From contig JAZROL010000019.1 of NCBI GenBank assembly GCA_045648665.1, positions 1 through 59,208 on the forward strand: a stretch of DNA of 59,208 nt, in the 5' to 3' direction. Below, piece by piece: positions 41,016-49,146 of the stretch; within the stretch, counting starts at the first letter, position 1, and every line of letters begins with the position of its first letter. The position numbers and the translations under genes were made by a program. The notes below the pieces were generated by a model. The model was not told the DNA's origin and ran no database searches. It saw only the letters and a list, made by a program, of their open reading frames with translations. This DNA comes from Candidatus Enterousia sp. (GTDB lineage Bacteria; Pseudomonadota; Alphaproteobacteria; Rs-D84).

Positions 41016-41309
41016 TTATTCTCCATATACTTCTACACAATCTTCATAATATATAGGATATAAACCAGTATTGCGCGATTCTATATAATGAATTTTAGTG
41101 ATATCGGCTTCTAATGCTGCTTTTAAAATACTTTTTTCTGTTTCAATAGGAAAAATAAATAAAGCTACAGCATTACAAGCTTCGCCATGTTTTAATTCTT
41201 CTATTTTCGAAAAATCAGTTTTATTTAAATCTATTTGATTTATATAAGGTGCATTTACACAACCAGATACAAATAATGATAACAAAGATGCTAAATATAT
41301 TTTTCTCAT
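41016..41309 (-). CDS. Small lipoprotein, TRL-like
   Basis: Lipobox VSGC, K.GEAC..., SI.KAA..A.I.KI..I, C-terminal C.EVYGE. Confidence 0.7.
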   Translation of the reverse strand: MRKIYLASLLSLFVSGCVNAPYINQIDLNKTDFSKIEELKHGEACNAVALFIFPIETEKSILKAALEADITKIHYIESRNTGLYPIYYEDCVEVYGE

Positions 41310-41443
41310 ATAAAACTCCTTTTAAGATATTGTGATTATATTTTAATATGTGATTTAATTCAACCATTTCTCATTAAACTCTTTTACCTGTTGCATTAAA
41401 TCATCAAACCGTTGTTTATTTTCTGCTCGATTAATGCAAGATG

Positions 41444-41506
41444 ACTCCCACCAAAAACACAAACCGACCTTTATGGTCGGTTTTTGTTTTTGCTGTGACG
41501 TGGTTT
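41444..41506 (+). repeat. Direct-repeat copy of tRNA-Tyr 3' end plus terminator
   Basis: 60/63 identical to 40588-40650. Confidence 0.92.
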
Positions 41507-41518
41507 ATACCACGTATT

Positions 41519-42205
41519 TCAATATCCTCGAACTAATTCTGTTCCATATCTAGCAAGCGTTGCTTTGGCCATTGTAATTTGTTTGTTCATACCACTGATA
41601 CACTTAATTTCTTTACATATTAATTTATCTGCAATTTTTTCACAACCTTGTTGTAATATTTTTCCAATTTCTGTTTTGGTTTTAAGCATTTTATATTTTC
41701 TTGTTTTTCTTTTAAAATTATAATTTTTTTTAACAAAATCTTCATTAGCTATTCTTGGGCTTATATCGTGTTCAATTTTATGTAAAGTTTGTATATGTGG
41801 CATAGCCCACATTTCTTTGTTTGTATAATTTGTATAATAATATACAACACGCAACAAACTAAAGAAATCTGTGTCTTTTGCTTCCAATTTTAATCCATCT
41901 GTAAACGGCATTCTTGCCGTTCCAAAGGGACAATATATTTTGAATAAATTCATAGCATCTTTTTGATATTCTCTTTCAATTTTATACCAAAAAAATTCTT
42001 CATTCCAAGAATCATACCAATCACTAAAATTAACCAATTCATACACAGGTGTAACAAATTCCACCATTTTTATCAAATCTTGTTTCACGATATTGGTTAA
42101 TTTTTTATAATATAAAACCCGAAACTGTTTCGGGTCTGTATGAAATAAATTTTTTTCTTTGTCAGATAATTTGTCTAAAAAATATTGGGATTTTGTTGTA
42201 TTCAT
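41519..42205 (-). CDS. Hypothetical protein
   Basis: 228-aa Lys/aromatic-rich ORF with AAGGTG upstream. No recognisable motif. Confidence 0.7.
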   Translation of the reverse strand: MNTTKSQYFLDKLSDKEKNLFHTDPKQFRVLYYKKLTNIVKQDLIKMVEFVTPVYELVNFSDWYDSWNEEFFWYKIEREYQKDAMNLFKIYCPFGTARMPFTDGLKLEAKDTDFFSLLRVVYYYTNYTNKEMWAMPHIQTLHKIEHDISPRIANEDFVKKNYNFKRKTRKYKMLKTKTEIGKILQQGCEKIADKLICKEIKCISGMNKQITMAKATLARYGTELVRGY

Positions 42206-42338
42206 AAAAACACCTTTGTCTTTCCGACCAAAATTTTATATATGCGAATATACAGAATCAATATCTTTATCATAAAAAAACAACAAAAACACATTGCACG
42301 CCGATATTTTTATGCTACAATTCAATAAAATATTTTTA

Positions 42339-42371
42339 TTATTGTGTATCGAGAACACACCCACTCCCACC
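42339..42371 (+). repeat. Direct-repeat copy of the right end of repeat unit 1, including the tRNA-Tyr 3' end
   Basis: TTATTGTGTATCGAG(A/G)ACACACCCACT(C/T)CCACC, 31/33 identical to 40819-40851. Confidence 0.9.
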
Positions 42372-42436
42372 GAAAAACAATTTTCAATTTACCCTGTACA
42401 TGATATAATATAACCATAAACAAAGGAGATATAATT

Positions 42437-42757
42437 ATGTTAAAAAAAGTATTTTGTATATGTTCTTTATTAACTCTGATTGCCTGTGATAAGATCGATA
42501 TATCTAAATATCCAGAAGATGTTCAAAATTGTTATAATAAAACTATTTCTAACACCGATAATTGCACCAAAAGCAAAAAAATTATTGTTAAGTACTGTGA
42601 GTGCGTAGGTGCTGGAAAAGTTGATATAAAAGCACCAGATAGAAAATCTGTATCAGATTCAATACGCGCATGGGTGGACATGCAAAAACTTTATAAAAGA
42701 TGTGCCGAAAAAACAGGATATGTTTTTTGCAAAGAAAACGACACAGGAAACAAATAA
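42437..42757 (+). CDS. Small Cys-rich lipoprotein
   Basis: AGGAG RBS, lipobox LIAC, further Cys residues including YCEC. Confidence 0.72.
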   Translation: MLKKVFCICSLLTLIACDKIDISKYPEDVQNCYNKTISNTDNCTKSKKIIVKYCECVGAGKVDIKAPDRKSVSDSIRAWVDMQKLYKRCAEKTGYVFCKENDTGNK

Positions 42758-42779
42758 AATCATAAACGAAGGAAATCTT

Positions 42780-43034
42780 ATGCAAAAAATATGCCAAAGT
42801 TGTGCTATGCCGATGAATGATGAATCTGTATTTGGAACAAACAAAGATGGTTCTAAAAATTCAGATTATTGTATTTATTGCTATAAAGACGGCAAATTTC
42901 TTCAAAATGCGACTATGGAAGAATATATTGAAATGATGGTTCCATTTGCATCTCAGGCAAACATGACAGGCAATCAGATGCGAGAATATTGTCAAAAAGT
43001 ATATCCAACATTAAAACGATGGAAAAAAGAATAA
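42780..43034 (+). CDS. Zinc-ribbon domain protein
   Basis: CQSCAMPM...GTNKDGS...YCIYCYKDG.F...PTLKRWK. Start ATG 42780. Confidence 0.88.
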   Translation: MQKICQSCAMPMNDESVFGTNKDGSKNSDYCIYCYKDGKFLQNATMEEYIEMMVPFASQANMTGNQMREYCQKVYPTLKRWKKE

Positions 43035-43063
43035 AAAACACCGGCATTTGCCGGTATTTTTTT
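43033..43063. terminator. Bidirectional terminator, repeat-family copy 3
   Basis: AAAAAACACCGGC-ATTT-GCCGGTATTTTTT. Confidence 0.82.
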
Positions 43064-43069
43064 ATATTT

Positions 43070-43345
43070 TTATTTAATTGGAGGGAAACAGTTGTCTCCA
43101 CCATCTGGGCAACAAACCATCCAACCATCACCCGCATCAGTGTAAACTTCAGTTCCGCAACATCCATTTTTATCAGGTCTATCGCCATTTGGACAGGTTG
43201 CAAAGAAACCATGCCAATTTTGAACGGTATAATGCGCAACATATCCAATAAAGAAACCCAATACAAGCGACAAAATTATACGCGGCCAATTATCACACAT
43301 ACAAATTTGTTTTGGCGTAGATTTTTTTACTATTTTCTTTTTCAT
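43070..43345 (-). CDS. Small membrane-anchored Cys-rich protein
   Basis: One TM helix then CPNGDRPDKNGCC...CCPDGGDNCFPP. GGGG RBS. Confidence 0.7.
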   Translation of the reverse strand: MKKKIVKKSTPKQICMCDNWPRIILSLVLGFFIGYVAHYTVQNWHGFFATCPNGDRPDKNGCCGTEVYTDAGDGWMVCCPDGGDNCFPPIK

Positions 43346-43354
43346 TATATCCCC

Positions 43355-44239
43355 CTATTCTTCTATAATTTTTTCCAATTGGATTATAAAATCAATTGCA
43401 GGATTAGTCAATTTTTTTGCTTTTTCAAGTATCTTCGCGGCTTCCGCTTGCATTTGCAAACGTTTGTAAGTTTCAACCATTTCAATCGCTTCGCTTTGCT
43501 CTCTGCCTGATTCCATATTGTCATCATTCAAAGCGCGTGCAATTTCCAATTCTTGTTTTGCCAATTGTTTATATTTTTTTGAATTAGCCGCACAACCGCG
43601 TTCTGACAAATTAGCATAAATCTGTGCATCACGAATATGTGCATCTGCATGGCCACAACTATGTTTTACACAATCTAATTTTTCAGTTAACAAAGATTCA
43701 ATCTGTTCGCATGTTGATTTAGTATCATTTTCTGGGGTACCATATTCTTTGCTTTCCAATGCTTTCGCAATTTCTGCTTCGCGTTGTGCAAGTTTTTTGT
43801 ATTTTTCTGCATTTTCTGGACAACCTTTTTCGGCTAAAACAGTGTAAGTTTTTACATTTCTTTCATGAGAATCCCAGCGATCACTATTTTCATCGTTTAA
43901 TCCCTGTTTTAATAATTCCTCGACTGCAGCGCATGTTGTTTCTGGTAATTTCTTTTCTTTTACAACTGGCTTTGATTGTTGTTGTTCTTTTTTGAAAATT
44001 CTGTCATTACAATTTTCAGAAAAAACTTTGTTTAATTGCAAAATCAAATCAGGTTGATTGTTGTTTGCGGCGTTAACTATCTTACGAGCTAAATCCTGAC
44101 ATTGCGACATAGACATAACAGAATGATTTGTTCGTGTTGTCCCATTTATAATAAAGCCAAAAATTCCGCCGACTAAAAACAGCGCAACCAGGCCAATGAT
44201 ACCGTATACACGATTTTTATTATTTGTTTGTTTTATCAT
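43355..44239 (-). CDS. Membrane-anchored hypothetical protein with internal ~60-aa duplication
   Basis: N-terminal TM helix. Repeats at aa 101-161 and 175-237. Confidence 0.75.
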   Translation of the reverse strand: MIKQTNNKNRVYGIIGLVALFLVGGIFGFIINGTTRTNHSVMSMSQCQDLARKIVNAANNNQPDLILQLNKVFSENCNDRIFKKEQQQSKPVVKEKKLPETTCAAVEELLKQGLNDENSDRWDSHERNVKTYTVLAEKGCPENAEKYKKLAQREAEIAKALESKEYGTPENDTKSTCEQIESLLTEKLDCVKHSCGHADAHIRDAQIYANLSERGCAANSKKYKQLAKQELEIARALNDDNMESGREQSEAIEMVETYKRLQMQAEAAKILEKAKKLTNPAIDFIIQLEKIIEE

Positions 44240-44262
44240 TTTTCTCTCTCCTTTTTGTTTAT

Positions 44263-44973
44263 TTATTTAACTATACCATCTTTTATAGTGATAATTCTAT
44301 CGGCTTTTTTTGCCAAATTCATATCATGCGTGACGAACAGCATAGACATTTTTGATTTACGAACTAAATTTAACAACAAATCAAAAACATTGACTGCATT
44401 TTTAGGGTCCAAAGAACCGGTTGGTTCATCGGCCAATAAAATTTCAGGATTATTAGCAATCGCACGCGCAATCGCAACGCGCTGTTGTTCCCCACCAGAC
44501 ATTTCACCTGGTAAATGCGATGCGCGATGTGCCACGTTTGCATCTTTTAATAATTTCAAAGAACGATTATACGCTAAATCTTCGTTTACACCATTTGCCA
44601 ACATTGGCAACATAACATTTTCAATCGCAGTAAAATCAGTCAATAAATTATGTTTTTGATAAACAAAACCTATCTTTTTTCTGCGTAACGTGGTTCGTGT
44701 TTCTTCGCTGATTTTATCACTGGGTTGACCATTTATAAAAACATCACCACCAGTTGGTTTATCCAACAATCCGACACATTGCAATAACGTAGATTTTCCA
44801 GAACCACTTTGCCCAACCAATGCAACAATCTCACCACGATATAAATTAAAACCACCACCGCGTAAAATGTTTAATGGTTGACCACCTTCGATGAAAGTTT
44901 TTTTAATGTCACGCGCAGATAACACTACATCTTTTCTTGATATTTTTGATAAAGAATTCAATATACTTGCCAT
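44263..44973 (-). CDS. lolD: Lipoprotein-releasing ABC transporter ATPase LolD
   Basis: GQSGSGKSTLL, GFVYQKHNLL, MSGGEQQRVAIARA, ADEPTGSLD. Downstream of lolC/E. Confidence 0.93.
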   Translation of the reverse strand: MASILNSLSKISRKDVVLSARDIKKTFIEGGQPLNILRGGGFNLYRGEIVALVGQSGSGKSTLLQCVGLLDKPTGGDVFINGQPSDKISEETRTTLRRKKIGFVYQKHNLLTDFTAIENVMLPMLANGVNEDLAYNRSLKLLKDANVAHRASHLPGEMSGGEQQRVAIARAIANNPEILLADEPTGSLDPKNAVNVFDLLLNLVRKSKMSMLFVTHDMNLAKKADRIITIKDGIVK

Positions 44974-44987
44974 AAAATATTTTCCTT

Positions 44988-46244
44988 TTATTCGTTACGC
45001 AATGTTTCAACTGGGTCTGTATTAGCTGCCTTCCATGCCGGATAAAGCGTTGCCAGAAAAGCCAATGCAATCGCAATAACCGCGATACTGATAACCGTTG
45101 AAGGTATTAATTTTGAAGGCAATTGAGACAGCGAATACAATTCCGCAGGAAACAAATCGCGCCCTGTGATAAATTGAAAGAATTTACGAACTGGTTCAAT
45201 ATAAATCGCCAACAACACACCAAATAATGTTCCAAATGCGGCACCTATGATGCCAATACTTGTCCCGGCCAAAATAAATATTTTCATCATGGATTTACGC
45301 GACACACCAAATGTGCGCAATACGGCTATATCTTTGTTTTTATCTTTGACCAACATAACCAGCGAAGAAATGATATTAAATGCCGCAACAATAACTATTA
45401 ATAATAATATTAAAAACATAACACTGGATTCAACCTGCAAAGCGCCAACAAACCCACGGTTTAAATCGCGCCAATCACGAACTATGAATCCGTCAGGTAA
45501 CAAAGTATCCAAAGCACGAACAACACGTTCGCTTTGTTCAGCGTCTGTTAAGAATAAATCTATATGTGTAATGCTGTTATCAATATTCAAATATTTTTGC
45601 GCCGCATCCAAAGGCATAAAAATATACCCAGAATCATATTCATACATCCCCATAAAGAACGAAGAAACCGCCGGATATGCCATTATACGTGGCATTGTTC
45701 CAAAAGGTGTCGCCGTTCCAGAATTAGCAGATATTAACGAAACTTTATCCCCAGATGTGACACGTAAAGCCCGCGCCAATGACGAACCAATTATCAATTC
45801 ATCGCCATTTATTTTATCTAAACTTTTACCATATATACGCGTTCCAGTTGCGGTTTTAGCAATCAAATCAGGCATTCTTATTCCGCGCACTATTGCACCA
45901 GAATTATTGCCGTTTGCAGACGCCATAATTTGACCCTCTGCGATTGGCACTATTGACGTAGTATATTTAGAAACAACTTTATTTTGTCGCATTTTATCAA
46001 TCAGAAAATCATAATCTGAAATTGTTCCACCCTGGTGATAAACAACAACATGTCCGTTCATTCCTATGATACGCGAAAGTAAAGTTTCATGGAACCCACC
46101 CATAACAGACATCACAACTATCAAAGTCGCAACACCCAACATTATACCAATCAAAGACACCCATGAAACCACAGAACCAAAACCACGCTTTTTTGCGGCC
46201 ATATATCTAAAAGCAACTTTTTTTTCTAGTTTAGAAAACAACAT
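44988..46244 (-). CDS. Lipoprotein-releasing ABC transporter permease LolC/E
   Basis: GIMLGVATLIVVMSVMGGF, IVAAFNIISSLVMLVKDK..DIAVLRT.G, ATLYPAWKAA..DPVE.LR.E. Confidence 0.95.
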   Translation of the reverse strand: MLFSKLEKKVAFRYMAAKKRGFGSVVSWVSLIGIMLGVATLIVVMSVMGGFHETLLSRIIGMNGHVVVYHQGGTISDYDFLIDKMRQNKVVSKYTTSIVPIAEGQIMASANGNNSGAIVRGIRMPDLIAKTATGTRIYGKSLDKINGDELIIGSSLARALRVTSGDKVSLISANSGTATPFGTMPRIMAYPAVSSFFMGMYEYDSGYIFMPLDAAQKYLNIDNSITHIDLFLTDAEQSERVVRALDTLLPDGFIVRDWRDLNRGFVGALQVESSVMFLILLLIVIVAAFNIISSLVMLVKDKNKDIAVLRTFGVSRKSMMKIFILAGTSIGIIGAAFGTLFGVLLAIYIEPVRKFFQFITGRDLFPAELYSLSQLPSKLIPSTVISIAVIAIALAFLATLYPAWKAANTDPVETLRNE

Positions 46245-46253
46245 TTTTTATTC

Positions 46254-47591
46254 CTATTGATTCAAAAAATCACGTAAATCATCCCCGGACAAAGGTGTTA
46301 TTTCATCAACACCACGATCCGCATCAATAATTGATATCAAACGCGGGGATACAAACACAACTAATTCAGCAAACGGGGAAATCAAAGTTTCCGGTGTCGT
46401 CACAAAAGAATGTGTTGGAATACCAATAATCACATAATTATCACCAACACTGGACGGTATTGTGAACGAAGATAATTCACCATTACTTGTACTTAAAACT
46501 ATCTTTGCATCAATTTTGTTATCGCCACCAAAATTGCCATATTGACCCATTGCACCAATAATCAAATCAGTTTCAAGTCTATCTTCTTTACTGCATTGAC
46601 CAATATCAAATCTTGATTGCCATCCATTTGGTATTGCAAAAGTTCCCTGCGATATCAAAACCATGCTCGCCTGAGTTGAAATAAATTCTTGCAAAGTTTT
46701 AGTATTTATTTCAGGGCTTACAACCAACGCGCGTCCAACAACCCCAGGTATAGACATACGAATATTACTTTCCCCAAACGCAGGCAACATATTCATCCAA
46801 ATAATAGGATTGTCTGTTTTTGGATAAACACGATAAACATCCATATCCCATGCCAAAATATATTTTTTCGATGAAACATCGTTTATAATTTTGGCAACTT
46901 CACGTTCTGTTTGATAATCACCTTCGAATACAACAGTTTTATCTTTCCAGTTTACTAATAAATTACGAATATCTGCACCACGCATAGCATCCAACATAGC
47001 CATTATCATGGTTTCGTCTTTTGGCATTTTAATAACCCATTTGCCTTGACCTGTTAAATGTATTTCACCAAACGCGGCATCATAAGTATAATACACACGT
47101 CCCAATTTAGTAATCAAATCAACAGCATCCGCCAAAGAACTTGTTTTTATACTACCAGTGATTTTTTCAAACATACCTTGATCTTCAACTATGGAAATAT
47201 CAGTATCTTGCAATAATTTTTCAAGTGTTTCCCTTACATACAATTTTTTAAAATCAAAATCTGACACTTTCAAATCAGGCAAAGGATCACCCATATTTAC
47301 ACGAACAATTTCGACTTTTTCTTCTGGCACAACAGAAACAACACTTTGATTATCCCAATCAACAGTACATCTTTTCGGCAAATCCAACGCGAAATGTTGT
47401 GCGGTATCGGTTGTCAAAGCCGCTTTTTTCGGGAAAATAGGCACAGAATTTTCATTTATGACCAAATTTTCAACAACTTCGACCGTATCATATGTTGGAA
47501 TATTTTGTTGATGATTTGTACAACCAGTCAACATAACGCATACACCAACTACTAACGCAAAAATATTGTTTAATGCTTTATTTTGTGCCAT
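46254..47591 (-). CDS. Lipoprotein, possible divergent secretin
   Basis: Lipobox LTGC. N0-like segment (FDFKKLYVRETLEKLL...ITGSI...RVYYTYD), N3-like segment (VNWKDKTVVF...VAKIIN), C-terminal ELVVFVSPRLI. Confidence 0.55.
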   Translation of the reverse strand: MAQNKALNNIFALVVGVCVMLTGCTNHQQNIPTYDTVEVVENLVINENSVPIFPKKAALTTDTAQHFALDLPKRCTVDWDNQSVVSVVPEEKVEIVRVNMGDPLPDLKVSDFDFKKLYVRETLEKLLQDTDISIVEDQGMFEKITGSIKTSSLADAVDLITKLGRVYYTYDAAFGEIHLTGQGKWVIKMPKDETMIMAMLDAMRGADIRNLLVNWKDKTVVFEGDYQTEREVAKIINDVSSKKYILAWDMDVYRVYPKTDNPIIWMNMLPAFGESNIRMSIPGVVGRALVVSPEINTKTLQEFISTQASMVLISQGTFAIPNGWQSRFDIGQCSKEDRLETDLIIGAMGQYGNFGGDNKIDAKIVLSTSNGELSSFTIPSSVGDNYVIIGIPTHSFVTTPETLISPFAELVVFVSPRLISIIDADRGVDEITPLSGDDLRDFLNQ

Positions 47592-47627
47592 TTTTGTTCC
47601 TTTTTTATTTTCTTTTTTGTATTTATA

Positions 47628-47951
47628 CTAAATATTCATAAGTTTTTCAAATTCTTCCAACGTCATTTCATATATAGGTTTTTGATTTGGGGTCACTAAA
47701 TTTTTCACTTTTTCAAATTGTTTTTCAAATAAATTCATCGCGGACGTGATTTCAGGTGTTAATTTAGCCCCACCCTTTTTCAGCCTATTTCCATATTCAA
47801 CAACGTATTCCAAAACATCTGCAGCAAAAAAACGCCCAACGTAATTTTCCAGCGCAATTCCGCCTTTTTCTACACAAATTGCAGACAAAACACGCGTCAT
47901 TTCGTTATAAAAATTTACCAATTTTACATAATTTTGAATTGATATAGCCAT
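47628..47951 (-). CDS. Hypothetical protein
   Basis: 107-aa ORF with GGAAGG RBS. Confidence 0.7.
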   Translation of the reverse strand: MAISIQNYVKLVNFYNEMTRVLSAICVEKGGIALENYVGRFFAADVLEYVVEYGNRLKKGGAKLTPEITSAMNLFEKQFEKVKNLVTPNQKPIYEMTLEEFEKLMNI

Positions 47952-48026
47952 ACTATTTTTCCTTCCTATTTTTTTACATTATAAAAACTATTGCCACCCA
48001 AACGCAATTAAATTATAATATAAAGT

Positions 48027-48407
48027 ATGAGAATGAAATATTTATTTTTAATTTTGGGTTTAACTGCCTGTGCTTCTGCTAATCGTGGGTCGATTGATGA
48101 TGCGACTATATTGAATTGGGAAAATGATGCTGTGACAACGGAACAATTTGTTCGCGACCACAAATCTTGTTTGGGTATAAAAGATAAAAACTATATGCCA
48201 AAATCCAGAATTGCAAAATTATTATCGCCAAATCAAAGCGCACAAATGCCTGATTGGGACGGTTTATGGGTGACTTTTCAGTCTAATGAATACAAAGACG
48301 TAGGTCAACGTGCGTTATTGTCCGTACCACCAAACAAAGCATCCAAAACGGTTGGATATTATCGTAAATGCATGTTGCGTCGCGGATATTTATTACGTGC
48401 AAAATAA
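48027..48407 (+). CDS. Hypothetical lipoprotein
   Basis: Lipobox LTAC, F.RDH.SC, C-terminal Y..CM..RGY. Confidence 0.72.
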   Translation: MRMKYLFLILGLTACASANRGSIDDATILNWENDAVTTEQFVRDHKSCLGIKDKNYMPKSRIAKLLSPNQSAQMPDWDGLWVTFQSNEYKDVGQRALLSVPPNKASKTVGYYRKCMLRRGYLLRAK

Positions 48408-48456
48408 ACATATTGTATTGTTGGCTATTACTTAAAAATATGATATAATCAAAGTT

Positions 48457-49146
48457 ATGAAGAAATCTTTATTCTTTTGGCTATATTTTATTGTATCCAT
48501 AATTTTGGCGGTGTATTTTGCAACCCGTTTTATAACCAGCCAAATGGGACGTGGCCCAATATCACATATAAATCATGTTGATATAATCAGCGACAAAAAA
48601 GACACAGATATGACCCCACTAAAAATGGCCATTGGTATCCCAAAAGGATCAAATATTCGTGCAATTGACCTACACCAGGTTAACAATCGTATAATTTCTG
48701 TACCAGGTGTCAAAGATGCCGCGACAAGGCGATTGCCAAATGGGAATATCATAATAAAAACAAAACAACATAATATTGTCGCCATGTGGTCTGATGGTGT
48801 TATGTTTTATCCGTTATCTGTCGACGGAACAAAAATAGATAATCCTGTTGAAGAACGCGACCCCAACACAATTGTTTTCAAAGGAGAAATCCCGGACAAC
48901 CTGAATAACATTATTAATTCTTTGTCTGTTTTATCAAAAGACATAGATTATGTGACTATGATTGAATCAAGACGTTGGGACATTCACACTAAAAACGGAA
49001 TCACCATATATTTACCAGAAGAAAACATTTCAACTGCTATAAATAAAATAAATTTATTAAATCAAAACCAAAAATTACTATCACGTAATATCGAAATCAT
49101 AGATATGCGCGATGATGCCAGAATTTTAGTAAAACCAAGAAAATGA
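48457..49146 (+). CDS. ftsQ: Cell division protein FtsQ
   Basis: N-terminal TM helix, POTRA-like VKDAATRRLPN, RRWDI...G..I.LPE, IDMR. Confidence 0.85.
   Translation: MKKSLFFWLYFIVSIILAVYFATRFITSQMGRGPISHINHVDIISDKKDTDMTPLKMAIGIPKGSNIRAIDLHQVNNRIISVPGVKDAATRRLPNGNIIIKTKQHNIVAMWSDGVMFYPLSVDGTKIDNPVEERDPNTIVFKGEIPDNLNNIINSLSVLSKDIDYVTMIESRRWDIHTKNGITIYLPEENISTAINKINLLNQNQKLLSRNIEIIDMRDDARILVKPRK

Noticed and set aside
40046-41049. ORFs 40046-40372, 40478-40675, 40488-40682, 40649-40891, 40822-41049
   Set aside because: They overlap tRNA genes, terminators and the structured repeat, so they are most likely spurious.
40583-42371. CRISPR array or integron attC array
   Set aside because: The repeats are tRNA-end copies with irregular 250-900 bp spacing. 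No cas or intI gene, and no attC R/L box structure recognised.
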